Shown here: positions 1-13,718 of the stretch, piece after piece
Numbering within the stretch: position 1 is the first letter of the stretch
Layout: each line of letters starts with the position of its first letter
Assembly (NCBI RefSeq): GCF_009914755.1
Contig: NC_060935.1
Length of the DNA: 64,000 nt
Reading direction: 5' to 3' (one strand)
From: the human T2T-CHM13v2.0 reference genome, Homo sapiens
Translations under genes and position numbers: made by a program
Notes under the pieces: generated by a model
Database searches by the model: none
What the model was told of the DNA's origin: nothing
The model's input: the letters and a program-made list of their open reading frames with translations, nothing else

Positions 1-1268
1 CATGGTCATAGCATATCTTGTCATTTATTTAGATCTTCATTAATTTCTCTTAGCAGTGTCTTGTGGTTTTCAGTATACAGATATTACATATCTTTTGTTA
101 ATTTAATCCTAAGTGTTTTGTAGTTTTAGATACTATTCTAAATGATGTTGTTTTTACATGTTCATTTTACAGAAGATCATTGCCAGTATATAGAAATACA
201 ATTCTTTTGTATATTAACAAAATTGAATCCTATAACCTTGATGAGCTCACTTATTAGTTCTAGTGGTTTTACATAGATTCTCTAGGATTGTCTATGTTCA
301 CAATATGTTGTCTATAGAGAAAGACACTTTTTTTCTCCTTTTTCAATGGATATGCTTTTGATTTCTTTTGCTTACTTTATTACTCTGGCTAAATCTTCCA
401 ACATAATGTCAAATAGAATAAGAATTAATACATTTGTTTTGTTTCCAATCTTAGAAGGAGATTTTCAGATTTCACCATTAAGTATAATGTTAGCTGTAAG
501 TTTGTTACAGATGCCCTTTATCAGACTAAGAAAATTTCTACTTCCAGTCTGCTGACAGTTTTTTTTAAATAAATGAGTGTTAAAAAATTATAAATATATT
601 TTCCTCTGTATATTGAGATCATATGATTTTTGTCCTTTTTTTAAGTGTGGTGTATTCCATTAACTAATTTTCAAATCTTAAACCACCTTATATTTATGAA
701 ATAAACACCACTTGTTAATAATGTATTCTTCTTTTTATATTTTGCTAAATTTAATCTGCTGATAATTTGATAAGAATTGTGCATCTATACTTATAAAGAA
801 TATTAGTTTGTAGTTTGCTTGTAATGTCATTGGTTTTGGTGTCAAGGTTATTCTGGCCTCATAAAATGAATTGAAAATTATTATCTCCTTCTTTAAAATA
901 AAAATGTTTAATATTAATATTATTTTTCCTTAAATGTTTGGTAGAATTAACCCATGCAACCAGCTGAGCTTTCCTTAGAAAAAAAGTTTTAGATTATCAA
1001 TTCAATATCTTTCATAAATATGTCTATTCAGATTTTCTATTTCTTCTTGTATGAGCTTTGTTAATTTGTATCTTTCAAGGAATTTGTTCATTTTATCTAC
1101 GCTGTTGAATTTACTGACAAATTTGTACATAATAATCTCTTTTCATCCCTTGAATGCCTGTAGGCCCTGTAATAATTGCTTCATCAATTCCTTACATGGG
1201 TGATTTTCATTTTCTTTCTTTTTTCCAAAGTCTATATCATCCAGTGTTTTATTAAAAAAAAAAAAAAA

Positions 1269-1541
1269 TTTGAGACAGGTTCCCATTCTGTCACCCAGGC
1301 TGAAGTGCAGAGGCATGAAACCGGCTCACAACAGCCTCAACATCCCGGGCTCAGGTGATTGTCCCACCTCAGTCTTCCGAGTAGCTGGGACTACAGGCAC
1401 GCACCACTATGCCCAGCTAATTTTTGTATTCTTTATAGAGACAGGGTTTTTCCGTGTTTCCCAGGCTGGTCTCAAACTGCAGCGCTCAACTGATCCACAC
1501 ACCTTGGTCTCCCAAAGTGCTGGGATCCACCGTGCCCAGCC
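1269..1541 (-). mobile_element. AluJ-type SINE
   Basis: Runs 'tgagacaggttcccattctgtcacccaggctg...cccaaagtgctgggat..ccaccgtgcccagcc', with J-like 'acagcctcaac'. About 12 bp are deleted near the Alu 5' end. Confidence 0.93.
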
Positions 1542-1797
1542 TCAAATTTTTGTAACTTTTTAAAGAACCAACTTTTAGCTTCATTGCTTTTCTTTATTAT
1601 TTATATATTTTCTATTTAATTGATTACACCTTGTACTTTTATTATTTCCTTTGTTTTAGTTTAATTTACTCTTGTTTTCCTATTTGCTTAAAGTGAAAAC
1701 TTTTGTTATTGATTTTAAATCTGTTTTCTTTTTCAATGGAAGTAGTAAAGCTACAAACTTCTGCGTACTGCCTTAGGAGCATCTCGTGAGTTATTAT

Positions 1798-2080
1798 TGT
1801 TAGCCCAAGTGGTGCCGTCCTATAAAACCTCGCCATTTTGCACACCGTGGTCAGGGTGGAAAATTCCACAGAGCGGCTTGGGCTGTGAGAACTGCAGGAA
1901 ATTCCTGCCATATCACATACTGCCGAGCAGCTAGCCACCTCCGCCGTCCAAACCCAGTCTGTAAGTGGGACCTGGGCTCTGGCACTTGCTGGTGTTTCCC
2001 CTCCGCAGGTCTTTATCCAATAAACCTGTGTTGCTGTTGAGCCACCCCCCTTGTCTCTGTCTCTTGTCTCCGTCCTAACA
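1798..2080 (+). mobile_element. Short solo ERV LTR, 283 bp, family not recognised
   Basis: TGTTAG...CTAACA inverted termini, perfect 5-bp TSD ATTAT (1793-1797 / 2081-2085), AATAAA at 2019-2024. GC-rich block inserted in an AT-rich L1. Confidence 0.88.
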
Positions 2081-3255
2081 ATTATATCTTCTGTTTTTAT
2101 TTCTATTTAGTTAATATTTTCTAATTTTCCTTATGATTTAGTCTTTTACCATAGGTTATCTAGAAGTGTCTTGTTTAATTTCCTAATAAATCGGAGAGTT
2201 TTCCACATCCCTTTCTGTTATTAATTTCTAACTTAATTCTACTACGGTCTGTGAGATTTCTCTTTTTAAATTTATTTATTGAGCCTATTTTATGGCCCAG
2301 CATAGGGTCTACATTGCAAATGTTCCATACGCACTTGAGAAAGAGTATTCTGTAGTTAGTGTGTATGGTGTTCTATAAAGGTTAATTAGGTCAAATTGTT
2401 TAACTTATATCTTTCTTGTCCTGTTATATATCCTTTCTAAATTTCTGTGTATATGTTTTATTAATTAGTGGGAGAAGAGTATGGAAATCTACAAAAAATA
2501 GTAAGTTTGTCTATTTTTCCATTAAGTTCTGTCAGCTTTACCTTCATGTATTGTGTAGCTCTGTTATCAGGTGCATACATATCTAGAATTGTTATGTCTT
2601 CTTGATTGATTGACCTATTTATCATTATAAAATGCTTGTCTCTAATAATGCTCTCCATCTTGAAGTTAACTTTGTCTGATGAGCCAGCTTTCCTATGATT
2701 AGCATTTGCATCATATACTTTTTATGTATTTGGCTTTCAATCTGCCAGTGCATTTAAATATGTAAAGCGAATCTCTTGTAAACAGCAGATAGTTGGGCCC
2801 TTATTTCTCCAATCTGACAATTTTTGCTTTTTAATTTCAGCGTCTGTTTTATTTCCATACAATGTAATCATTAATGTGGTTGGGTTTAAATCTAACATCC
2901 TGCTATTTAATGTCTATATGTGCTCTCTGTTTTTTGTTTATTTTTTTCCATTTTCCTCCATTATTCTGGGTTAATTAAGTAATGTTTAGTATTCCCTTTT
3001 ATTTCTTCTTAGCAATTTCTGTGCTTATTTGTGTCAACGTCTGGGGGTTCCTCTGGAGGTTATCACCAACTTATCACAGACAACCTTCAAATAATACTAT
3101 GCCACTTCATATGTAAGCAAAAACATTACAATGGTATATTTCAATTTGCACCCTCCCATTCTCTATGCTATTGTTCTTATAGATTTTACTTCCATATATG
3201 TTACAAGCTCCACCATAAATTATCAGTTTTGTTTTACATGGTGATTAATCATTTT

Positions 3256-5420
3256 AAATAACTATTGAGATATAATTGCCATATATATTTAAGAATCTTT
3301 GCCTACTCAAAAGTTAAAGAGATTTGTTTTCTTCTGTTTTCTTCGAGAAGTTTTATAATTTAGGTTTGACATTTAAGTTCGTGATTCATTTTGAGCTAAT
3401 TTTTGTATATGCCATGAGGCATGGATTAGAATTTTTGTTCATATGATATCCAATTGTTTCAAGACTATTCTTCCTCTATTGAGTTATTTTTGTATCTTTG
3501 TCAAAATCAATTGATCATGTATGTATAAATCCATTTCTGGACTCTTCTGCTTTATTGATCTATTTGTTTGTCTTTCCACTGTAACCACAATATCTTGATT
3601 ACTGTAGCTTTATAATAAATCCTGACATTAAGTACTGTAAGGCCTCTAAGCTTTCTCTTCTATTTTTAACAGTTTTTTGGCTACCCTGGGTTCTTTGCAA
3701 TTCCAAATAAATTTTTAAATTAATTTCTACAAAAACCTTTCTGGAATTCTGATTGGTATAGTCAACTCTATAAACCAATTATGGGAGAACTGACATCTTA
3801 ACAACATTGAATCTTCCAGTTCATGAACATGTTATATCATTCCATTTAGTTCAGTTTTTAATTTTCCTCAGAAACGCTATGTCATTTTCAGTGTGCAGGT
3901 CTTGTACAATATCTATTTGCCTTATATCTAAATATTTTCTGCATTTGATGGGATTGAAATAGTAAGTTTTTTTCATTTCTAATTATTCATTGTTAGTATA
4001 AAGAAATACAATTGATTTTTGTATATTGGTCTTACATCATATATGTACTTATTAGTTCTAATATTTTTATGTAGATTCATAAGACAGATGATTACATCAA
4101 CTGTGAATAGAGACAGTTTGATTTTTTTTTCTTTCCAAATTAGATGTTTTTTATATCTTTTCTTTGCTATATTGCATGACTAGAACCTCCAGTTCTATGC
4201 TGAATAGAAGTAGTGGGAGCAGTCGTCCTTGCTTTCTTCCTGATTTTAGGGAAACATGTTAACTAATTAACTATTAAGTTTAATGTGTAGCTGTAGATGC
4301 CCTTGATCAAATTGAAAAAGTTGTCCTCTAGTTCTAGTTTTCTGAGAGTTTTCATGAGAAATGGATATTAGATTTTGTCAAATACTTTTTCTGCATATAT
4401 CAAAATGGTCATGTTTTGTTTTTCATTTTGTTTCTTTAAGTCTGCCATGATAATTTACATAAATTAATTTTCAAAGGTTTCATCAATCTTGCATTCCTGT
4501 GATAAGCCTCATTATATATAAAATTGAATCCAACTATATAATAGTAAATTTTGTAAAGAAATTTTTCAGCTATGTTGTCTTCTTTTTTTGTAATGCTTAT
4601 GTTTTGCTTAATCACCAGAGCAAGGCTACCATCATAGAATGAATTGGGCAGTATTCCCTTCTATTCAATTTTCTTTAATATTTTATATAGAATTGCTAAT
4701 ATTTCTTCCTTAAATGTTTGTTATAATTCACCAGTAAAGCCATCAGGGTATGGAGTGTATGTGTGTTTGTGTGTGTGTGTGTGTGTGTGCACGCACAAAG
4801 GTTTTTAACTACCAATTTGATTTCTTTAATAGATGTAGGCTGTCCGGGTTATCTATTTCCTCTTGAATGAAATTTGGTAGTTTGTGTCTTTTATGAAATT
4901 GGTCCTTGCCATCCAAGTTGTCAAATGTATTTGCATAAACCTGTTTATAATATTCCCTCATTATCTTTTTAACCTCTGTAGAATCTTTAGTGATGTCACG
5001 TCTCTCATTCCTGATGTTGGTGATTTGTGCCTTCTCTCTTTTACTCATGATCAGTTTGGTTTGAGCTTAATCAGTTATACTGAACGTTTCAAAGGACTAG
5101 CTTTTGGTTTCATTGATTTTCTCTTTTGTTTTTCTGTTTTCTATTTCATTTATTTTTGCTCTAATCTTTATTATTTCCTTTCATCTTTATAACTTAGATT
5201 TCATTCTCTTTTTGTAGCTTCTTAATATGAAAGCTGAGGTCACTAACTTGATACCTTTCTTCTTTCCCATTATAGGCATTTAGTTCTCTAAAAGTCTTTC
5301 TAAATAATAGTGTATAGCAGCATCCCACAAATTGTTATATGTTAGTTTCATTTTTATTCAATTAAAAAATACTCTATAATTTTCCTTTTTATTCCTTCTT
5401 TTACCCATGGAATATTAAGA
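3256..5420 (-). mobile_element. Second decayed L1M-type LINE-1 (ORF2)
   Basis: ORF 4809..5048(-) 'ITNIRNERRDITKDSTEVKKIMREYYKQVYANTFDNLD' is L1 ORF2p. Contains a (TG)n tract at ~4755-4790. Confidence 0.9.
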
Positions 5421-5439
5421 TATTTGGAAGGCAAATAAA

Positions 5440-5978
5440 CATACAAAAAGTTGCCTATATATATACAAAGACTTGTATACAAATGTTCATAACAGTTTTA
5501 TTTGTAATAGTAAAGAAAACAACCCAAATGTATATCAACAAGTAGAAGTATTATAATAAAAACTGTGGTACATCCACACAATAGTATACTACTCAACAAG
5601 AGAAAAGAATGACTATTAATACACACAACAACATGAATGAATCTCAACATAATTACGCTGCATGAAAAAAAGACAGATGAAAAAACACGTACTGTATGGT
5701 TCTAACATAAAATTCTGGAAAATGCATACTACTTCAAAGTGACACAGATCAGACCAGCAATTGCCTAAGAAACATGGGAGAGAACAGGAAGGGGTGGGAG
5801 GAGGGACTCCAAAGAGGCAAGAGAAAACTTCTGGGAGTGATGGACTTTCATCAACTCGATTGTGATGATGATTTCATAAGTGTGTATATATATGTCAAAC
5901 CTATCAAATTTTACACATTATATGTGTGTAGTTCATAGTATATGAATTATACCTCTATACAGTCCTTAAAGAAAAAAA
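5440..5978 (+). mobile_element. L1M (L1MB/MD/ME-type) 3' end fragment
   Basis: 'caaagacttgtatacaaatgttcataacag...aacaacccaaatgt...aactgtggtacatccacacaat' followed by an old-L1 3' UTR ending in an A-rich tail. Confidence 0.8.
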
Positions 5979-7502
5979 CACAAATCCAGAACAGATACAA
6001 TGGCTCTTCACTGCTCAGAACACTAGGACGGCTGCAGTGACTGGGTTACCTTGTCCGAGGTTGCCTGTTTTCCAACTTCAGGAGCTCTGCAATTCTTTGA
6101 CTCAGTTTCCATGTCTACTTGATTCTCTGCTACTCTCTCTATTTCACTGCCCTCTGTGGGTTTATGTGTCATGTTAAAACTCCCCAAAAGAAGATCACAA
6201 TTGACATTCAAGGAGCCTGGCCACCTCACAGTTCATGTAACTCTTTTTTATTTAGTGCATGTATGATTGTCCTTGTTAGGTTAATGCAACCAATTTCCTG
6301 TTCAATCTGTTGTGGCCAGGGAATCGGGGTCCATGATGGAAAGCAAAGCACCCTATGTGGCAGGAAGTGTCTTTGACTTTCCTTTAGAAGAGGACTGGAG
6401 CTGAGAGGATTTCTTAAACCCATTTCCTCCTCACCGTTACAAGTTAGGAGGCCACATCTTTCTATTCACATGTGCCTCCAGGAGCTCAGGCAACTCTTCC
6501 CTCATCTAGCAGTTTGCTGAAATGGGCTTGGCAACTACTTCCAGTCCTCCTCCAAGACAGGAATTTCCAAGACAGTGAGCATTTTAGCTCCTGCTGCTGG
6601 ACAAGAATAGCAGACAAAGACTGACACATTGCTGAGTTATCTCCAAAGCACAAATGGCTCTCAGGCACAGTACATTACATAAGCAGAAAGTGTTACTGTA
6701 TTCTCCCTGTGGCCAACTCCTGGATTGCAGAAAAGGTTAAGCATATAATACATCTGCATATCTTACATCTTACATAAATGTGTTACAACAAAAGGGAAGG
6801 GGAATCATTATATGAAAAACTAGAGTATGCTCTACCATCCCCAAAGATTGCAGACCATAGAAAGGTCATACACAGAAAGAAGAGAGCAGGCAGAGGCTCT
6901 CCTGGTAAAACATGGACTTGACTTGAAATTCTCCACCTCAGCTACTTTCTCCAAAGTCAAGGAACCACAAAACCCTGGTGTGTGAGTTTATTTTGGTTCA
7001 CTGGGCTACTGTTTCTGCCAAGAAACACCTTGCTGCCACTTTGTCCTGCTTATTGTCATGCTGGTCACTTCCACGTACAGAATTAAGAGGCCATCACTGA
7101 GCAGAGGGAGGAGTGGAAGCTCAAATGTTTGTTATTGTTAAATTCACTCGTGCCCTTCTGAAACGTGTGCACGTGTGTAAAAGGACAGAGACAGAAGATT
7201 GATGTTTTTGCCTAAGAAATTTCTCCAAAACAAAGGCAATGGACCTAGAGCTTTTCAGTAAAGCTTATCTTTTCTCTTTTATCATCCCCCTTTCTCATTT
7301 CAAAGAGTTTCTTTTTTTCAGTGATTATTCCATAACGAGTAATGTGACAAACAACCATCATTACAAAGTCAGAAGCAAAAGATGGAGCTGTAAAATGTGA
7401 ACGAATGTAAATCAAATATTCATGTGTGCTGGCAACAAAGAGTTGAGTGTTTTGCACTGTGGTTAAGTATCAATTACTGAAAACTAAGATACGTCACTAT
7501 CT

Positions 7503-7520
7503 ACATACACACACACACAC

Positions 7521-7558
<38 letters not shown>
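7503..7558. repeat. (CA)n microsatellite
   Basis: Directly visible, with one interruption. Confidence 0.97.
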
Positions 7559-7560
<2 letters not shown>

Positions 7561-7569
7561 GACAGCAAT

Positions 7570-7770
7570 CTAAGTGGCACAAAGCACAGAACTTAGAGTC
7601 ACCTGACTGGGCCCATGTCTCTGCCTTGCCACTTAACAGCTATGAGCAAATGTTTTCAAACTCTGAGTTTCAGTTTCTAATCAACTTACATAGATAAGAA
7701 TTAACACCTGATCTACCCATTTCCCAAGACTATTGTGAGAATGAGATTATATAGAAAAAATGGTTACTGT
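7570..7770 (+). mobile_element. MIR
   Basis: 'ttagagtcacctgactgggccc...ttgccacttaacagctatg...ctctgagtttcagtttc...tattgtgagaatgagat' follows the MIR core pattern. Confidence 0.7.
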
Positions 7771-8017
7771 ATGCCATCATGTTTTTAACTAATATAATTC
7801 TCTGTAGAATAGCAAATGGCTTTTAACGATTAATTCACTCAACTTTTATTGAGTGTCTACTCTGTACCAAACATGTCTACTTCTTTGTAACAGTCCTTTT
7901 TAAGCTTTCAGATTCCAGGGTGATTTTCTATTTGGAAATAAGGATTTTATTGCTTCCATATCTTCTATGTAACTTCTATATTTAGGCTTCTATATAATAA
8001 AGAGGTATATATACATT

Positions 8018-8018
8018 A

Positions 8019-8050
<32 letters not shown>
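8018..8050. repeat. (CA)n microsatellite
   Basis: Directly visible. Confidence 0.95.
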
Positions 8051-10691
8051 GTGACAGTAAGAGACGATCATGTCAATGTTATCCAGAAAGGTACCAATAA
8101 AACCAAGATAAAAATTAAAACTGCTTAAAAATAACAATACTTTACCCAGAAATGTGCTATGCTAAAGTATTTTAAGAAAAGAAATCACAAATAGTTGTTC
8201 TTAGCAACTTCATAATCTTGCTCTAAACTGGGAAAATACAGTTTGAAGCCTTCATCATCATCACTTCATTGGAGCTTCCAAGCTGTTGCAATTTATCATC
8301 CCATACTTTAAGTTTCTTTCTGATCTTCCACATCCTGAAGTTCTTTCTAGTTTAAGGATCTTGGTCCTACGTTTCCTTGTGCTGTGTATGTCGATTTTCT
8401 CCGTCACTGCCTGTCTGTTGTACTAAGTCAGTGTCTAAGCTCAAAAAGACAAAAGCAAAAGGGCAGGATTTGTGCTCGGTGTTTCTAGTCTGCTCGATCT
8501 TGAGATTTAGTTTATTTCAATAATTTAGAAGACTTCGGGTGACTTACTGAAAGTGCGTCATGAATAAACTGTAACAAATCAACTCCAAAATTGGAAGATG
8601 ACTTAGGTTCCATGTTTTTCTTTCTGCATAGAGTTTGAATAAATAGACAAATTAATTTAAATTCAAAAGAAAATAATCACTGCTTTCCCTTGACATATTC
8701 ATTAGAGGAGTTCAAGTAAAAATTTGGAATAAGGTATATACTATAAAAATTTTGTTGCTCTTTCATGTTCTTCATCAAAGTATCTGGGGAATGATGTTTT
8801 TCCTTTTAAAGTGCTTTATAGCACCTATTGTTTGTACAGGATTTCATTTTTTTTTACTGTATCTTTTTCTTTGAAAATGCAAATTACAAAAATAAATAGT
8901 AAAGGGATAAAATAACTTCAGTGTAATTTGCCACAACAGATCCAAAAAGCATGTAGAGTCTAATTTTTCATACCTGCAAGGGATGGAGTCAGTTGTCATA
9001 CCCTACCTCAAACTGACACAGGGTTGGAGCTGTGTCTTCTACCCTATCCTCTTCTTCTTGGCCAAGAGCACAGCACTACATTGATTCACCTGCCACCCTG
9101 TATATACTCATGGCCACACCGCCTGTAGGACCCAACCCTTTTTCCTTGCTACCAGCCCATTCCCCAAACCACACAGAGGAAGGAGCAGCTTCACAGACAG
9201 CCCATAAGTCTAACAGCTTGAATAAGAGAGTAGTTCTTCATTTCAGCTGATATTTGGCTGGATCTGAATGGAAAATTCACCAATGGTGCTGAAAGAATAT
9301 TTCATTTCTCCAGTATGCAGGATGTTCATTGAATACTTCCAAGAGAAGCAGGAAAGACTGGGATAATTAAACATTTGCTTGAGTGGAGCAAGAGAAAGAG
9401 CTCTTATTGACAATGTGACAATGCTGCAGTGTGATTATTATGGAAAGACCACCACTCACTGCTGTACCCAACCTCCTCCATGCTAACTCAACTCCAGGCA
9501 CACTGTGGTTCAACCAGCAGTAACCCATTCCATAAACACCAGTCTGTTTGGAAATTTATGTCCTCTCACAGTATAAAGCCGCTGAGTGTAAATAAGATTC
9601 AACTTCTTTAAAATGGGCACAAAGGCATGCCCCCCTGACCAATATTATCCTTACTCCGTTTTGGTAAAAGCTAGTGTTCTTCTCAGTTATTTATAAAGCA
9701 ATTATCAAATGAGTCCTCCTTTTGTACAGCGGCAAACCTTAAAGGGATGGAAAGGGTGGTTATGGAAATGTCACACAGGCTGAGCAGAACCAGTTGTTAC
9801 AAAGACGAACTGTGTGGGAAGGAGGAGAGAAGGCAAGAACTGTACAGTATTTTGCTAAGTCTGAATTCTTTATTATTAGTTCAAATAAATAACAAAAATG
9901 GGTAATTACATAGCAGAAGTTCAAAAGAATCACTGACTTAAAATCCAATGAGTGCATCCTCATTAAGTCACTGGAGATAATATTCATTGCATATTACAGT
10001 CTGCTCATGGTTTTGAGCTTTGAACCTGTCACTTTAAAACTGGCACAAAAAAAAGCTTGTGCCAACATAGCTTATCCAAGACAGCATAAGCATAATTTTC
10101 CTGTTTCTTCTCTGTATTGTCTGTCTTTTGGGTGAGCAGATTCTCCTCTGAATTAGATCACCCTAATCCAATATCCCATTGTCTTCCAAGAAATAAAAAT
10201 AAGTAACAAAACTGTTTTCTGTGATAGGGACTATGATTTGGCCTTTTATAATGAGCCCAGAGAAGTTGACTTTGTTTTATGCTCAATGTAAATCTTTTTT
10301 AAAATTTCAAAATCTCTTGAAATGTGAATCTTGTCCTCAAGAATTAATTGCAATGGAACATTATTAAAATGCTTCATTTTGGCATGCTTTGTACATTATG
10401 CATTCTTTTAAAAGCCTATCAGAAAAGCAATACACTAAAAGCGTGGCTTGAATCCTAGAGGACAACATTGCTCACAGTGTGTAAACACAGATAATTGGTA
10501 CCCACCTTCTGGCCCATGAGACCAAACTACTTCATGGAAAATGTTCCAAATACAAAGAATTTAGCCATGAGCGTCTCTATGAAAGATATGTTTTATGAGA
10601 AATCTTCACAACTACACTAATTGGATATATAGAGCCAATAGCATCTGCTGCCCAACAACAGATTTTAAAAGGAAATCTCCAAAGCAGAGAC

Positions 10692-11135
10692 TGTTAGTTG
10701 TTTTCCCACTATTCACTTCCTCCTTCTTCCTTTGCAAGAGAACAGACCCCTGAATCAATGGGTGTGGCAATTTGCCCAACTATGAAACTACGTTGTGTCT
10801 CTTATAGATAGGGATGATCAAAGAGATATGAGTAAAAGTCATTGAGTGTGGTTTCTTGGAAAGGGAATTGACTCAGATGGGAGGCAGGATGGAAAAGCTG
10901 TAGCTATGCCAGTATCTTGTAAGAATGAGGTTATCCTATGGCTGGAAGCCATCTACTAAGGAGAGTAGAGCAGAAGAATGTAAAAAGACTGGGTCCTCAA
11001 GGACATAGAGTCAACATATCAGTCCTCATTAGCCTACTTCTAAAGTTCTCTTTCATGAGAATAAAATGCACTTGTGCCTTATTTAAGCTGCTACGGCGTT
11101 GGGTCTTTCTTACTAGCAACCAAACCCAATCTTGT
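10692..11135 (+). mobile_element. Old MaLR LTR (MLT1I/J/K-like)
   Basis: 3' end 'aataaaa...ttatttaagctgctac...gggtctttcttactagcaaccaaacccaatc' and internal 'gagcagaagaatg..aaaaagactgggtcct' resemble MLT1J. Confidence 0.7.
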
Positions 11136-12172
11136 CTCCCTATTACCTTCCCAGTTGCATTTGACAAATATAATGCTTGGGGTATTAAATTATTAAAATT
11201 TAATTTAGATAATTGCAACTATTGGAAAATAGAATTCTGCAGTTATTTAGCATAATCATTTAAATGCAAAAGAATTTCTGGAGTGCAAGAGAGGCATAAT
11301 AAAAAGTAATTTAGTAGGGATTAGGAATCTTTCGATCCAGCTCAGTTGTCAAAACACAAAAACAAAAGAAATAGAGCCATTATAAAAAGCAAATCATAGA
11401 CATTGGCCCTTAGAAGGGGAATGTCATACACATAGCAGGATCAAAACCCAGAAAACCAGTCAGAAGACAGAGGCAAAGGAGGAGTATGTGTGTATAATGA
11501 ATTAATGGGATTGAATAAAATAGGGAAATGGTATAAGCAACTACAAAGTAGGGAAATCCTTAGCAATAAGGAAAGCAGTCTTCTAAAATAGGAACTTGAG
11601 ACTGTGGAATTATAGGATGATGCCTCTATGGTAGAAGAGGGTATAGCTATGGTAGAAGATGACAACTTTAGCCGGGACATTTAGACATATGGAATTAATT
11701 AGGTTCTAGGCCTGCAACCAGGCTCTCGGCTAGGTTTCCAGGAACAAGGCTCAAATCACCCTACAGAACTGGCCTGATAAGGCAATTGTTGACATGCCAT
11801 TGCCAGCCTTGACCAATCCACACCACTTGACTTGAAGGCCCCACCACTGCTGTCATTTCTGTATTAGGAGCTGACCTCACCTGGACCACTCACTCAGCAA
11901 CAAACCCTATTTCCTCACAATGCTCTTTTCTTATGTTTGTCATGCATATTTCTACAAAACACCTGGAAATTTGAGTTGAGAGGCAAGTCAGTACATTGGG
12001 AGGCAATACTAATAACAAAGGCCTTCCCCCAAATACATAAAGAGACTTGTCAAAACATGATGGGAAGCCATGAATAGGATAAGTGTGCACCACACAACTT
12101 CTGAAGATGAAAAATTCAAGAGGTTCTAGTTATTAAGCAAGAGAGAATAAGTAACTGGTTAAAGAATTAATC

Positions 12173-12468
<296 letters not shown>

Positions 12469-12559
12469 GCAATCAACTGGTAGAAGTCCAGCTTCAATTT
12501 GAAACTAGGGCCACCTCTGAGACTCAGCTAAGAAAGTCATGATGTCCGTGATCCAAAGA

Positions 12560-12700
12560 TGCATGCATTCTCCTATTCAGCGACTATCTATTAATCACCA
12601 AACACATGTCAGGCCCTGTTATAGCACTGGAGATTCAGCAGTGAAAAAAATTGATAAAAGTTCTTGTTGCTGTGGAACTTGCATTTCGCTGATAAAACAA
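12560..12700 (-). mobile_element. L2 3' end fragment
   Basis: 'cattc...tattaatcacc...tgtcaggccctgtt..agcactgggagattcagcagtgaa' is an antisense L2 tail. Confidence 0.7.
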
Positions 12701-12767
12701 ACAGGACCTAGAGGCCAGATTTAAGAGTAAGTCATTGCATACGTGTGGCTCATTCAGATATGTTGAG

Positions 12768-13085
12768 CTGTGTTTCCCTAATTCCTTTCCCAGTATCTCC
12801 CCAAGCATGTTTTGCTAAATGAAAAATGTGCTACAAGAATAAAGGGGCTAATAAATGTAACGTGATGAAATACGTTTGGGATATGGCAACAGAGACCACA
12901 GTCAACAACAAGTTTGCTGAAGGCAGGATTTCTCAGAGGCATTAATGAATTATTGTGCGTCAGAAACCTTCAAGAAGGGGTTAGAGTATGTTTGGCATGT
13001 GTGTGAAACTTACATGATCACAAAACCTTTTTCATGAACCATATTGCAGAACTAGAATTCTCAGGAAAACTTTAGAAAATGCTGT
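12768..13085. mobile_element. Old hAT-Charlie-type DNA transposon remnant
   Basis: 'gcaggatttctcagaggcattaat...' and terminal 'ctttagaaaatgctg' resemble MER/Charlie elements. Family uncertain. Confidence 0.45.
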
Positions 13086-13679
13086 TTTACTGTGTAACGA
13101 AGTTGATTTTGATCTCTGAAAGTAACTGCTAGAAGAAGTGGAGGACATGGCCCATAATATTATAATAGCAGCTGTGAAGCTTGGATTCTGTTTCAATATA
13201 GCAGACTAAAGAGAATACTCCTTGCTCTTTGAGTGAAAACAGCAGGAGAATGCAGCAGTACAGATGAGAAACTATGTTTTAGGAGGTCCTGGGCAGTTTT
13301 CACGTAAGAGAATTTTCTTAAGAAAAAAAAAGTTAAAAAGATCATCATGGTTGACTTGAGAAGGAGATGTGACAAGAGAGAAATATATAAAACATGGGTA
13401 ATAAACCATCTTATATTCTATTAAGGAGCCCTATTCACAGAAAAAAATAAGGATCATATACAAAAGAAACTTTTTCTTACTGAGAGAAATATAAAATGTG
13501 CAATTCATATGCTTTTCAAATTACCAACAGGGAACACAGCATTGAAAGTAATTTTAATCCCTTTCTTCACAAAACCTTTCATTAGAACCATGAAAAAAAT
13601 AGCAAATAGCTCTCATTTTCATCTGACCTGTCCATACCCTTACAGGGTATTGATGAATAGGTGAAAAGCCAGAGCACAA

Positions 13680-13718
13680 CACACACGCGCGCATGCACAC
13701 ACACACACACACGCACAC
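13680..13718. repeat. Alternating purine-pyrimidine (CA/CG) tract
   Basis: cacacacgcgcgcatgcacacacacacacacacgcacac. Confidence 0.9.

Larger units (their letters stand above)
1..3255 (-). mobile_element. Decayed L1M-type LINE-1 (ORF2 region), interrupted by an AluJ and a solo LTR
   Basis: T-rich antisense L1 sequence. ORF 2461..2658(-) 'INQEDITILDMYAPDNRATQYMKVKLTEL' matches the L1 ORF2p endonuclease region. Many stops and frameshifts. Confidence 0.9.

Noticed and set aside
3256-5978. Antisense L1 followed by a sense L1 3' end, resembling a twin-priming inversion
   Set aside because: No TSD, a gap of several hundred bases in L1 coordinates, and the antisense piece seems to have its own 3'-end stub ('tattgagatataatt', ~3263). 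Two separate elements is the simpler reading.
6023-6668. Three consecutive minus-strand ORFs suggesting a processed pseudogene
   Set aside because: No recognisable protein similarity, poly-A tail or TSD.
11400-11900. Possible ancient LTR remnant
   Set aside because: The resemblance is too weak to define a family or ends without a profile search.
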